Shown here one piece after another: positions 15,676-27,442 of a stretch of DNA of 64,000 bases. The notes beneath the pieces are model-generated. The model was not told the origin of the DNA. It worked only from the letters and a program-made list of their open reading frames with translations, and ran no database searches. Where the stretch lies: NCBI GenBank assembly GCA_964016885.1, contig OZ024743.1, positions 213,590,001 through 213,654,000 of the forward strand. Reading direction: 5' to 3'. Each line of letters begins with the position of its first letter. Position 1 is the stretch's first letter. The translations under genes and the position numbers were made by a program. Origin of the DNA: Eledone cirrhosa. Lineage: Eukaryota.

Positions 15676-15785
15676 AAGTACCCCCTTGACAAGTTCGGCT
15701 ATTTCTTCACCAGGCTAAAATCTCTAATTTAGTCCAGAAATAGCTGTCGAAACGGCTTGAGCTCTGTCGTCGGGGGTCATACTTT
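15676..15785 (+). ncRNA. Type I hammerhead, U3-A8 core, long stem II
   Basis: ccccc-TTGACAA(15686)-g..cggctatttct..agaaatagctg-tc-GAAA(15749)-cggc..gtcg-TC-ggggg. Confidence 0.72.
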
Positions 15786-15796
15786 TTCATATATAT

Positions 15797-15910
15797 ATAC
15801 GTCAATACTCATCTTTTTTCCATTTCTCCGAGGGATCTTAACCCCACTATCAGGCTAAATAATTTCTCTAATTTCTTTAGTCAAAATACGGCGATACCTT
15901 ACATTTATAA
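15797..15910 (+). repeat. ~110-bp dispersed repeat (second copy 22597-22708)
   Basis: acgtcaatactcatcttttt..catttctccgaggg..aaaatacggcgata is shared by both loci. Confidence 0.85.
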
Positions 15911-16042
15911 TAATTTCAAACTCGCTCGCTGTTTCGAAAATATTCTTACTTGATATATATATATATACTTCAAGGAAACGACAAAATATATATAATTAAG
16001 AATAAGTATGCAAGATTTTTACAACAATTTATTCGTCAATTT

Positions 16043-16122
16043 TCCATTACAAATGTTTCGACGGGTTTGACCACTATGCAGTATGTTGGTTCCATAATAT
16101 CAATCCGGCCTTTTCAGATGGA
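16043..16122 (-). ncRNA. Type I hammerhead-like motif with long stem II (core CTGAAAA), at the end of a probable PLE 3'-UTR remnant
   Basis: On minus strand: tccat-CTGAAAA-ggc..~50 nt..gtc-GAAA-catttg-TA-atgga, followed by AATAAA. Confidence 0.65.
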
Positions 16123-17356
16123 GAACCCGGGGTGGAGAGATAGGAGACTTATAGAATTCAATCTTTTCTCCCACAATATCAGCTCCACTATAAGCTAGCG
16201 GCCACGAAAATATCTATTTATAGCATTATAGGGATGTTATCCCACCCCAACCATCCAGCCATACCACTAGCTAAAGTGGCATTCCGGTCACTGGCCATTC
16301 ACGTTGACATTTTAGTCACATATACCTACTTGTAGTAGTCGTCAACTCTTGCATCACTCTCTGTAGTCAAGTCGCTTTACACCCCCATTCGATTCAGCGA
16401 AAACACCCATCCGGGGTCAATTCAAAGCAAAGGGAGAAAAACAATGGGTGAATATAGGACGCGAAATTAGGAAATTAAGTGCTAATTCTTTTTCAAATAG
16501 ATTCCCATCGAAGTAACCACACGACTAAGCCCACACACAAAAATGCAGACCAGTCACCAGAAGCTGAAACTCGGGAATATATGGTACTAAACTAGGAAAT
16601 GTGTCGCGATATCCTACAATGCGTTAGTGCGGTATTGCTGGAAAAGTAAATAGAAAATAACATAATAAATCAAGATGTGAATCAATACAATCTGTTAAAC
16701 TATTTTATCGTGGTTTGCTATGTATGCAGTTAACTGGTGGAATAAGTGACTAAGAGATATCTTATTTTCCGGATCGAATAGGAATGTGAACAAAAATACC
16801 AACCTGCATCCCGCAGTTATAGTCCGAACCCAAAACGGTCACACGACTAACTGTAAAGGTGGGCTCCCGGATTTTTCCGGATAATGATTCTATTGGAATA
16901 TCAAGGACGCTATGATTTTTACATCAGTGTAAAATCTATGTGATATTATTTAGAAGTTGCTTTTGTGGATTCCTCGACCCGGAATTACCAGCTTGTCCGC
17001 CGTGGGACCCCTGGACATGTTAAAACTAGTTGGTACTCTAGTTCAGAAAATTAAAGAGTGATAAAGGATACTCGTAAATTATCAAGTGTCAAAATAGTGG
17101 AGCAAAAACAGCATCAATAACAATAACAACAACAAAAATATTATCATTAATAATAATGATAATAATAGTAATATTGATTGCAACAATATAAAAATATTAT
17201 CAGATGTAATCTGGATGCTTCAGACTGTTGAATGCTTACCCCAGGATACACAATGTCTTAGTTGGACGTCTACCTGCATATAACATAACACTATAATATA
17301 AACGATATAATATATAAAATAATATAAAATAATATAATATAATATAATATAATATG

Positions 17357-17424
<68 letters not shown>

Positions 17425-17751
17425 ATATATATATATATATATATATAATATATAAGATCAAAAGATGGTTAAAAGAGTTCCATGTATTTTATTATGCGCA
17501 TTTCAAAAACAAATATCATGATGCAATAAAATTTGCGTTTTCGTCAGATAAAATAGGGAGACATGATATGAAGGTTAAAACACACTTGTGAATAGTGCAG
17601 TTTTAAATCAACTTATCCGATATCTGCATTGCTTTATTGTACTACAATAAAACTCACCTCTTACACACACATATATATATATATAAAAGACGTAAAATAA
17701 GAAAATAAAAAAAAAATAAAAAAAAAATTAACTTACTTCCTTAAATGTTCA

Positions 17752-17831
17752 CTCCAACTAATTAGTTTCTGCAATGGGATAAAGACAGTTACGTAATGAA
17801 CTGTTGAGAATTTCATTGCGTCATCAGGGAG
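17752..17831 (-). ncRNA. Type I hammerhead (mirror of 18821-18900)
   Basis: Reverse complement of the plus-strand copy. Confidence 0.75.
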
Positions 17832-18820
17832 ATCTATTCTCAGCCAAGTCTCCAGGCAATGCGCGGACACTGGAGACTCATATAAAAATAATAATAATTC
17901 GGTAAATGGAACAGCTATCGAGGACTGGATTCCAGGCACTGAAAATTCTCACTGCCACTGGTCAAATGGCCGATTCTAATGAATCAATCACGTGACACAG
18001 AGGCTAGTCAGTAGGAATGGGATGGTAAGATGACAGACGCCTACTAACACCCCCCCAAAAAAAATTTAGAAGTGGTTTTGGCAGGTTTGCTCGACAAATC
18101 AGTGATTTGGAGATAAATATAGATAATTTAATATATCTACTAACATAAGCGCACAGATGTACGCTAATGCCAGCAAATACACAGGTTATGTCATAGTACC
18201 TAGGTGGTTCAATGCAGGAGGATGCAGAACAATAATATAAAAGACGTAAAATAAGAAAATTAAAAAAAAAAAAATTTTTTAAATTAACTTACTTACTTAA
18301 ATTTTCACTTCAACTAATTAGTTTCTGCAATGGGATCTAATTAGTTGGAGTGAAAATTTAAGTAAGTTAATTTTTTTTTAATTTAAAAAAAAAATGTTCT
18401 TATTTTACGTCTTTTATATTATTGTTCTGCATCCTCCTGCATTGAACCACCTAGGTACTATGACATAACCTGTGTATTTGCTGGCATTAGCGTACATCTG
18501 TGCGCTTATGTTAGTAGATATATTAAATTATCTATATTTATCTCCAAATCACTGATTTGTCGAGCAAACCTGCCAAAACCACTTCTAAATTTTTTTGGGG
18601 GGTGTTAGTAGGCGTCTGTCATCTTACCATCCCATTCCTACTGACTAGCCTCTGTGTCACGTGATTGATTCTTTAGAATCGGCCATTTGACCAGTGGCAG
18701 TGAGAATTTTCAGTGCCTGGAATCCAGTCCTCGATAGCTGTTCCATTTACCGAATTATTATTATTTTTATATGAGTCCCCAGTGTCCGCGCATTGCCTGG
18801 AGACTTGGCTGAGAATAGAT

Positions 18821-18900
18821 CTCCCTGATGACGCAATGAAATTCTCAACAGTTCATTACGTAACTGTCTTTATCCCATTGCAGAAACTAATTAGTTGGAG
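18821..18900 (+). ncRNA. Type I hammerhead, long stem II, palindromic stem III
   Basis: ctcc-CTGATGA-c-gcaatg..acagtt/aactgt..cattgc-a-GAAA-ctaattag-TT-ggag. Confidence 0.78.
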
Positions 18901-19322
18901 TGAAAATTTAAGTAAGTAAGTTAATTTTTTTTAAATTTTTTTTAAATTTTCTTATTTTACGTCTTTTATATTATTGTTCTGCATCCTCCTGCATTGAACC
19001 ACCTAGGTACTATCACATAACCTGTATATTTGCTGGCATTAGCGTACATCTGTGCGCTTATGTTAGTAGATATATTAAATTATCTATCTATATATATATA
19101 TAAATATATGTGTGTGTGTATACAAACATATACATGTGTATGTATACAAACATATACATGTATATATATGTATGTATATATAATTGCTGTTGGATGCTTA
19201 AAACCTCCGTATGCGGTAGGCTGTATGAGCACTCGATGCCCTCATAGAGAAGTGTATGATATCAAAGTATGATATCAATTCGATGTTAAAGGACAATAGG
19301 AAAATCTGCTTCGTAGAATCGA

Positions 19323-19417
19323 GACGTATCCGAGGACTACGCGATTTCAGAGTCAGGTTAGATCACCATATCGATTGTGCCTCAAGCAGGTCGCCCGAGA
19401 AACAATTGTTATATGTC
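19323..19417 (+). ncRNA. Type I hammerhead-like motif, CCGAGGA core, long stem II, in a pLTR remnant (~19170-19460)
   Basis: gacgtat-CCGAGGA-c..gcgattt..aggtcgc..a-GAAA-caattg-TT-atatgtc with a 7-bp stem I, then AATAAA at 19419. Confidence 0.68.
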
Positions 19418-19460
19418 CAATAAATTCCTTTCGTCGCAACACTGATTCTCTTTTTTCTGT

Positions 19461-19491
<31 letters not shown>

Positions 19492-19611
19492 ATAAGATAT
19501 TCTACACACACACACAGACATATATGCGTGTGTGAGTGTGTGTGTGTCTATGTGGGTGCATATATATATACACGCACACACACATATATATATATATATA
19601 TACACACACAA

Positions 19612-19669
<58 letters not shown>

Positions 19670-21924
19670 GAAAGAACGAACATGAATATACGAAATCAAT
19701 ATCTGTTTCTTTTCAAAGTAGCCATGTAATGGTAGGAAAGAAACGAAAGACAAGTTTGAATTAAAATATAAAGGGAAAGAAACATAGAACACTTTTATAC
19801 AATGAGACAAAAAGCAAAGTATCGTCTTGTTCTAACAGCTGCGCATTGCTTGATAGCTTTCCAAATAGTGGTTAATTGTGAAAGTGAATCCAAGTTAAGG
19901 AAAGTGATAAAGCGCGAACACACTTCTCAGTAATCACGTTTATATCTTTTATCTTCTTTCTTATTCACTCGTTCATTGCCTTAATCACTCGGTCAGTCAC
20001 ACAGCCACTCTCTTTTCTCACCCCTCTCCTCTCCTCCATTCTTTCATTCCACGTATTACTCACTCCTCGACTCAGCCGTTCACTCACTAACTCACTCACG
20101 TTGTTTTCTTTTATACGGTCCGTATTCCTTTCCTATTTCTAGGCTCCATTACCGTAGAATATATATCGTTTCTTCAATCAATATCATTTTGAAGTCAGTA
20201 ACTGATGCATATGATTTGGTTAGTACCAATTTCATGCTTCGTTTCAAGCCTGGAAATTGCTAGTATAGGTTAAAAGGACATTCATCTCATTTATTTCAAA
20301 AGATTGGATAAAAGACTCCTTCATTCTTCATATTTCTGATGAAAGTTTCAGAATGTGTGATGAGAGAAGGAAAACGGTTTTGCTTTGGCGCAGTCAATAT
20401 TCCTTTTCCAAATAATAAATAAATAAAACGAAATATTAGATAAATTAATAGATAAATAAATAAATAATCGATCCAAGAAATGTAGCAGACATTTAGATAA
20501 AGCCACGTCTTTACATGAACAGACTAGACAAATCATCAGAAAGTGTTTTATGCTCCGAATTTCTTTCAGAAAGACAGCTTTGTTACTAATTAGGGTGAAT
20601 CATATACAGACAGCAGCTTATTATTGAAATGTTTCTCTTCGATCACAGTCTTTTCGTGGTTGTCACCGTATTGAAGTGTGTGTGCCAGCATCGTTGTGTA
20701 GTGGTAAGTTCCCTGTAAGAAAGGTCAATGAAACTAGTTCCAATTTTCTGTTGGATCACATTCAACTGCTTAATTATGACGGAAAGAGACGTTAATAATT
20801 ACTTTCTTTTACCGCTTCATTATCTCTTCATCTTCATTGCCAAGCAATATAGTTTCCATAGAGTTAAATTTATATGTGAACTGCTCTCATACGTCAATCC
20901 CTTGTTGTACCCTGCCGGAGAGAAGTTCGTGGGCGAATCGGTGTAGAATTTTGTTTCAACAATACATTCGGCCGTGCCTGTCATGGAATTAAGTTGCTAA
21001 GCTGTCAATCATGTCTGATGTAAAGCAATATAGCCACTACTTCTCCAGTATATGTACATGTTTGTTGACACCTCTGACAATCTTTACACTATTTATTTTT
21101 ATTTCTCCCTCACTGTTGAATGCTTTAAATAATATCAAGAATTAAAGTTTGGACAATAAAGGAAGTTCACGGTATATGTACATTTAACTGACAGCAAAAT
21201 CTAGAAGTTACCACTGTTATAAATACGAAACTGAGTTACTGCCATCTTCGGCATGTCCTTGTGTTATATTGGGCAGTACGCAATATAGCTTTGAGAATAA
21301 TTTTCGACTAGTCACGATTTTACGATACTTGCAGCCTGTATCAGTGTTTAGTTTTCTGTTTTGCGTTCGCTAACCAGACTATCCATTTCATAATCGCCTT
21401 CTAAAGATAGTTTTCTTATGTTTGTGGGCCGGATTGTATTTTTCCAGTTTTACTCCTCACCAGTTTAAAATAATGTCAATCGTATATTTACCCATATGAA
21501 ACCATCTAATTTCAAAGACTTTCTAAGTTTGTGAAGCTGCTTGATAAGTGTCATTTGGAATCAATGTTTCCAGTCAAGTTTTTTATTCATACGAAAGTCG
21601 CTACTAGAAAACCAGAGTTGAAAATCAGTTATGAGAAATCCATGGTTTAATGCGGAATAGCAAAACAGTCATCGTTTTTAACATTTTTTAAATGGAAAAA
21701 TTATAAAAAAATAAGACAAAAGATTTGCCCATATCCAGTTGTTCATGACCAAATACTTTTCAAAAATACCAAAATGGTAGCCATGTCTAAACCCATCAAC
21801 ACAACCACCTCTAATATATATCCCCTCACCACTTATCTACTCCCATAACCACCATCTTTAATGTCATCCAACATATTCACCACGACCACCGCCGTACTGC
21901 GGTATTCACCACCACCATTACCTA

Positions 21925-21985
21925 TGTCATCATCATCATCGTCATCATCACTATAAGCATCATCACCATCATCATCATCATCTTT
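21925..21985. repeat. (CAT)n-rich low-complexity tract
   Basis: Direct reading. Confidence 0.8.
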
Positions 21986-22527
21986 TTTATTGACACTATA
22001 ATCACTACCACCATCATCCCACCGGCCTGATCAGGGTGGGAGATGCGTTGCCTGTCATGACAATTCACCATAACTACAAATATATATATACCATTTCCTC
22101 TATGGTTCACAGCCTCAATATCTCCACCATTACCATCAGCTTCTTCATCGTCATCACCATGATACTGATCATCTCAACATTCCTCATTATCACCAACACA
22201 GACATCACGACCACTTCATTTCTTTATGTACTTATGTAATTTACGTAAACATTAATTTATTTGAATGTTTGTGTATCACTAATATAACGAATACCATTAT
22301 ACACGTCTATGTACAATTGTATACGTGTGTCTGAGTATGGAGTGGGTGTGGATGCCATTAAACAAGAAACAACAGGTCTAGATTTTTGTTGGGTCTGATG
22401 GGGGAGGGCACAGTTTCCCTGGTAACCAGAGCCCCTCAAAGACAGGAAGGTGAATGCAGATGATATTCCATTCATAACCTCACACACATGCACGCACGCA
22501 CACACACAAATACACACATACCTATTA

Positions 22528-22596
22528 TAATTGTTTCTACTTTTGGCACAAGGCCAGCAATTATCCCAGTGTATTACTGGTACTTTATTTTATCAA
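22528..22596 (-). mobile_element. SINE 3' fragment
   Basis: Matches the 3' end of the copy at 51000-51188. Confidence 0.7.
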
Positions 22597-22701
22597 TACG
22601 TCAATACTCATCTTTTTACATTTCTCCGAGGGTTCTTAACCCCACTATCAGGCTAAATAATTTCTTTAATTTCTTTAGTCAAAATACGGCGATAGCTTAC
22701 A

Positions 22702-22747
<46 letters not shown>

Positions 22748-22900
22748 ATGAGTATGTATATGTATGTGTATGAGTATGTATATGTATGTGTACGTGTGGA
22801 TGTCTGTGCATATAAGTGTGTATGTATGTGTCTGTGTATATGTCTGTATATATATATACATACGTGTATGTATGTGTGTATATATATATATATATATACA

Positions 22901-22956
<56 letters not shown>

Positions 22957-23525
22957 TATATGTGTGTATATGTGTGGATCTATGTAAGTGTAGGTGGGTG
23001 TGCACACTTATATGCATGCGTGGGTTCCTGTGTCTGGGTGTATGCATGTCTGTGCGCGGCTGTACGTCTATGTCTGCCTGTCTATGTTGTTGAATTTCTA
23101 CACCTTACAATCATTTCTTCCTATCAATAGTATCCACAACCAGACAATTCCCTTTTATTAATTCTTTGACAAAACAGGAACTGACTTAACTGACACCATA
23201 AACTAGCACCAGGACGTCCAAGCTTGACACACCCCACAAACCCCTGTTTACACCAAAGCAAGTTTTTGACTGACCAATACACATTAAAAAACGTGCACAT
23301 ACTCACACACATGAATCCTTAACTGCTTGTGCCCTCACGTAAACACGCACATGAATATCGGTGAATACACACCCGCATTGCCACCCTACCAATTACACCA
23401 AAATTCACACATACGCCCACACACAAATAAAATAGGGCCGATGCCTTTATATATATATATGTATATATATATATATACCTTTTCAGCCTACTTACCACGA
23501 TAAAAATATATCTTTTGTCGCATCA

Positions 23526-23615
23526 CCAGTCTGAGGAGCATATCGATACTGGAGTCGGATCCATATTTCCTATGTGTCACCTTGAGTCAATCCTCTGCGA
23601 AACGCGGGTAACAGG
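23526..23615 (+). ncRNA. Degenerate type I hammerhead, long stem II
   Basis: ccagt-CTGAGGA-gca..55 nt..tgc-GAAA-cgcggg-TA-acagg. Confidence 0.55.
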
Positions 23616-23743
23616 TCGATAAGCAAAAAATATTTTTCACATGCAAACGAAACTTCCTCGTTTTTTCTATTATATACACTCTGCCTGTGCATAGAGTGCT
23701 TGATTTGATACTACACCAGTATTTCACCGTACTACCTTACACT

Positions 23744-23792
<49 letters not shown>

Positions 23793-24068
23793 CATATATA
23801 TGTATGTATGCACACACACATATATATATGTTTGTTGTGTGTGTGTGTGTCTGTATGTGTATGCTTTTGTTAGTGTATATATATATATATATACATATAT
23901 GTATATATATATACATACACATATGTATATATATATATACATACGCATATATATATATATATACATACACATATATATATATATATATATACATACACAT
24001 ATATATATATATATATACATACACACATATATATATATATACATACACATATATATATATATATACAT

Positions 24069-24158
<90 letters not shown>

Positions 24159-25270
24159 TAACAAAAGCATACACACACACAACAAACATATATATATGTG
24201 TATGTATAGTAGCAAATTTAAAGTTGAAGTTGAATAAATTCCAGTTCATTAAGGTGTTTGTGCTCTATTGTATTTCACGTCTACTCAACAATGAGGCTAT
24301 TATGCAGTTGGTGAACGATAACTATAGGGCGGAAATTAGATGAATTCAGTTCGTTTTTTTTTTCCTCTATTTATTTGTGATTATTATGTTTTGGTGTTCA
24401 CCGTTTTAGTAGTTAAGCATTAATATCATCCAATCGTATGATTTCAATGAAGTTGTCATAATATGAATCTCTGAAGGAAATAAAATTAAAATGGAAAAGT
24501 AAAGAAATGTAAATGGAATAGAAGTAAAGATTACTAAAAAAACGAAGAAAATAATACATTTATTTATAATTTTCCCGTAGACATATTTCACGAATAAATG
24601 AGCATTTTTGCTTTAAGATAGAATCACTGATTCAGTAAACAGTTTGCTCTTAGTGTCAATAGAACTGTGAGACTCCTAAATGTTTGTGTTTTCAACATTT
24701 AATTTTTTTTTCATAGAAAGAATGAAAGTTAATTATTGAAGAAAAGAAGTGATGTCTAGTTGCCAGTTAATATTTGCAAGCAAAATAATCACAGGGTATG
24801 GTATGCACTCAAGTCGAATCTGAAGCAATTTAATGCGACGGTGAAGGTAAATAGGTTTTATTAGTTAATTCTCTTTCGACTAGAATTGTTGTAAGCGGAA
24901 TCTAGAACGTTAATATTATATAATCCATTCGCATCTACATTTCCAATAACAATGATATTGCAAACAATCTGTCTTCACCTTCTGATTGTATATCATTCAT
25001 AAATTTGAATAGGCAGGCTAAGAAATGTAAAAGATGAGTAATTCTAAAACGGTGTCCCTCCAGAAATCCTGTTATGTTTTGCGAAGATGATTTTCTCAAT
25101 ATTACATGTTTCATATAAAAAGTGCCATTCTTAATTCCAATACTTGATGAAGCAAATGTAAGTGAAATATAGAATTTTATCACAGTATTTCTTAACCTCG
25201 ACATATATGAACGCCTTTGTTGCAGAATACAGCTGTGACCTGGTGTCTGAATAATATTTCTATATTGTAG

Positions 25271-25346
25271 GCTGGTGGATTGGCAGTATCGGTAGAGTGT
25301 CGGGCAACATGCTTTACGTTCTGAGTTTAAATACAGCCGAGGTTAG
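25271..25346 (+). mobile_element. SINE 5' fragment
   Basis: ggtggattggcagtatcggtagag..gttctgagtttaaatacagccgagg matches the 51000 copy. Confidence 0.65.
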
Positions 25347-26116
25347 TGGGTAGCGTCCACTTTGAGAACCTCTGTTCTGGTGCATTACAGTTTTTCATAC
25401 TCGGCAATACATATGGAATATATACCAGTATTGTGTTTCTTTATATCAGAGAGTCGTATTCAAGTAAGCTTACATGTTATAATACAGAGTTCAAATATAG
25501 CTTTCTGTTCGGTTATGTATCTCTGGTCAACTACTTAAGCTTGCATATTGTAGAATAAATAGCTGTTAATATGTACCTTAAATGTATGAATATACTGTTT
25601 AACTCACTAGTAATTGGTTTCCCGTAGAGACATAGGTATTGAAATATATTTCGCTTCCATTTACCGATATCTAATACACCAGAATCTCCACATATATTAC
25701 TTTAATGATTCAAGACATTCCTGTAAAATACGATTTTCAAAAAAACATTTAATTATAATGCATTTTTGGTAGTAAATCCTCTCTTAGATAAAGCTCTTCA
25801 TTTAACATTTGAAATAAACACTCTGCAAAGTCTTAATTTATGATCTATCAAAATATATATGAATCGAAACACAATACAATATGCCACATAAATTGTGAAT
25901 TGCATTAGAACGCAAAACAATAATAGGTATAGAGTTCAGAGATCAAATAAAATTAATAAAGAATAGAAGTTAAAGGGAAAAATTAATGATATGGATTTGT
26001 ACGGAATTCTACAAATGTATTGATTATCTGTGAGATTCAAGTTAATAATTTAAAGAGGAGAGTAGATCACTGTCGAATGAACGCCACAAAGTATATTATT
26101 ATTTACTTATGGAAAA

Positions 26117-26305
26117 TAATTGTTTCTACTTTTGGCACAAGGCCAGCATTTATCCTAGTCCATTACTGGTACTTTTTTTTATCGACTCCGTAAGGATGAA
26201 AGGCAAAGTTAACCTCAGCGGGATTTGAATTCAGACCGTAAAGAGGCGTAGCTCTATGCTGCAAAGAATGGCGTCCAATTCTCTACCGATACTGCCAATC
26301 CACTT
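26117..26305 (-). mobile_element. tRNA-derived SINE
   Basis: Reverse complement of the 51000-51188 family. Confidence 0.8.
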
Positions 26306-27076
26306 GTCGAACAATCACACATAGTAACCACACTCCATTTAGGCTTTTCTAGAGGAAAACAAATTGAGAGCCCATACTAAATATTTTGCTACCTGTGGCT
26401 GAAGGGTGGAAGTTATCCTCTGGTTAGAGATCTGATCTAAGTGCTTGTTTCGGGAAATATTCCGGTAAATATGCTCCAAATCTAAACTGTAGTGCATAAC
26501 CAGGTGATGAATAGATGAACTCTACCAGCTAAACACAGGAACCGTCCTTCTAATAAGCTTCCCAACACTTTGGAGGGCTCGAGATTATGGCAGAAGAAAC
26601 TGCCCAAAGGTCTGCGCAGTTTGATCAGGCTAGTAGGATTATATATGCTAACATTTGGTTGGTAGTTCTATCATGGTTGTCGTGATTTCCGTTAGAACGC
26701 TGGTCTCTGGTGTTGGATGTGTTACTGTTGGTGTCGTAGCAACTATGGTGGCTGTAATGTTTATTTACAACCCATTTGGACTTGTGTATGAGGTGTTGGT
26801 TTCGACTGTAAATGGGTTGTGATAGCATACATTAATCATATCGTGAAGGTAGGGATGACGAAGAGGCTTAGGTTGTAGAGTAGATATATATACTTTGTGT
26901 AGGTTGAGTTCTTTATGTAGTTGCCTGATTAGTTATTTTTTAAAATGAAGAAATGTATGAAGTTACATGAAAAAAGGAAACTATTTAGATCAAATAATAA
27001 TTTAGGTAGGTGTACGTCCCTATATCATTAGATAATTTGTACAGTGTCAACAAAATATTAATATCAGCCTACACTG

Positions 27077-27148
<72 letters not shown>

Positions 27149-27442
27149 CTACACTCACACACACTTATATCTATATCCACATCTATATCTATCTATCTAT
27201 CTATCTATCTATCTCTCTCTCTATCAGTCGTGTGTCACTTCGCGGAGAAGTTTCCGTTAATTTATGTAAGGAAAAAACGTGAGTTTTTAGTTCAATTTTA
27301 TATCATTGTGTAACTTGACCACCCGTCTGGACCTTCAGGTGGTGGGTCAACTCATTTTCGCCCCTTCAGGGGCGGAATATCCATTTAAAAAATTTTTCTC
27401 CATCGAATCTTGGAAAAAATATTGTAAAATTTTGATTACGTT

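Larger units (their letters stand above)
17683..19088. mobile_element. Non-coding ~550-bp HHR-bearing unit, tandem and inverted (non-autonomous PLE/retrozyme-like)
   Basis: Minus-strand unit starts recur at 17683 and 18237; inversion at 18336/18337; plus-strand copies recur at ~18345 and ~18895; (TA)n flanks. Confidence 0.85.

Noticed and set aside
18810-18846. Type III hammerhead reading using the GAAA at 18838
   Set aside because: Stems I and II do not form; the type I fold using the GAAA at 18883 pairs fully
24935-25204. Possible host exon (89-aa ORF)
   Set aside because: No recognisable domain or convincing splice context; small host exons cannot be excluded without RNA data
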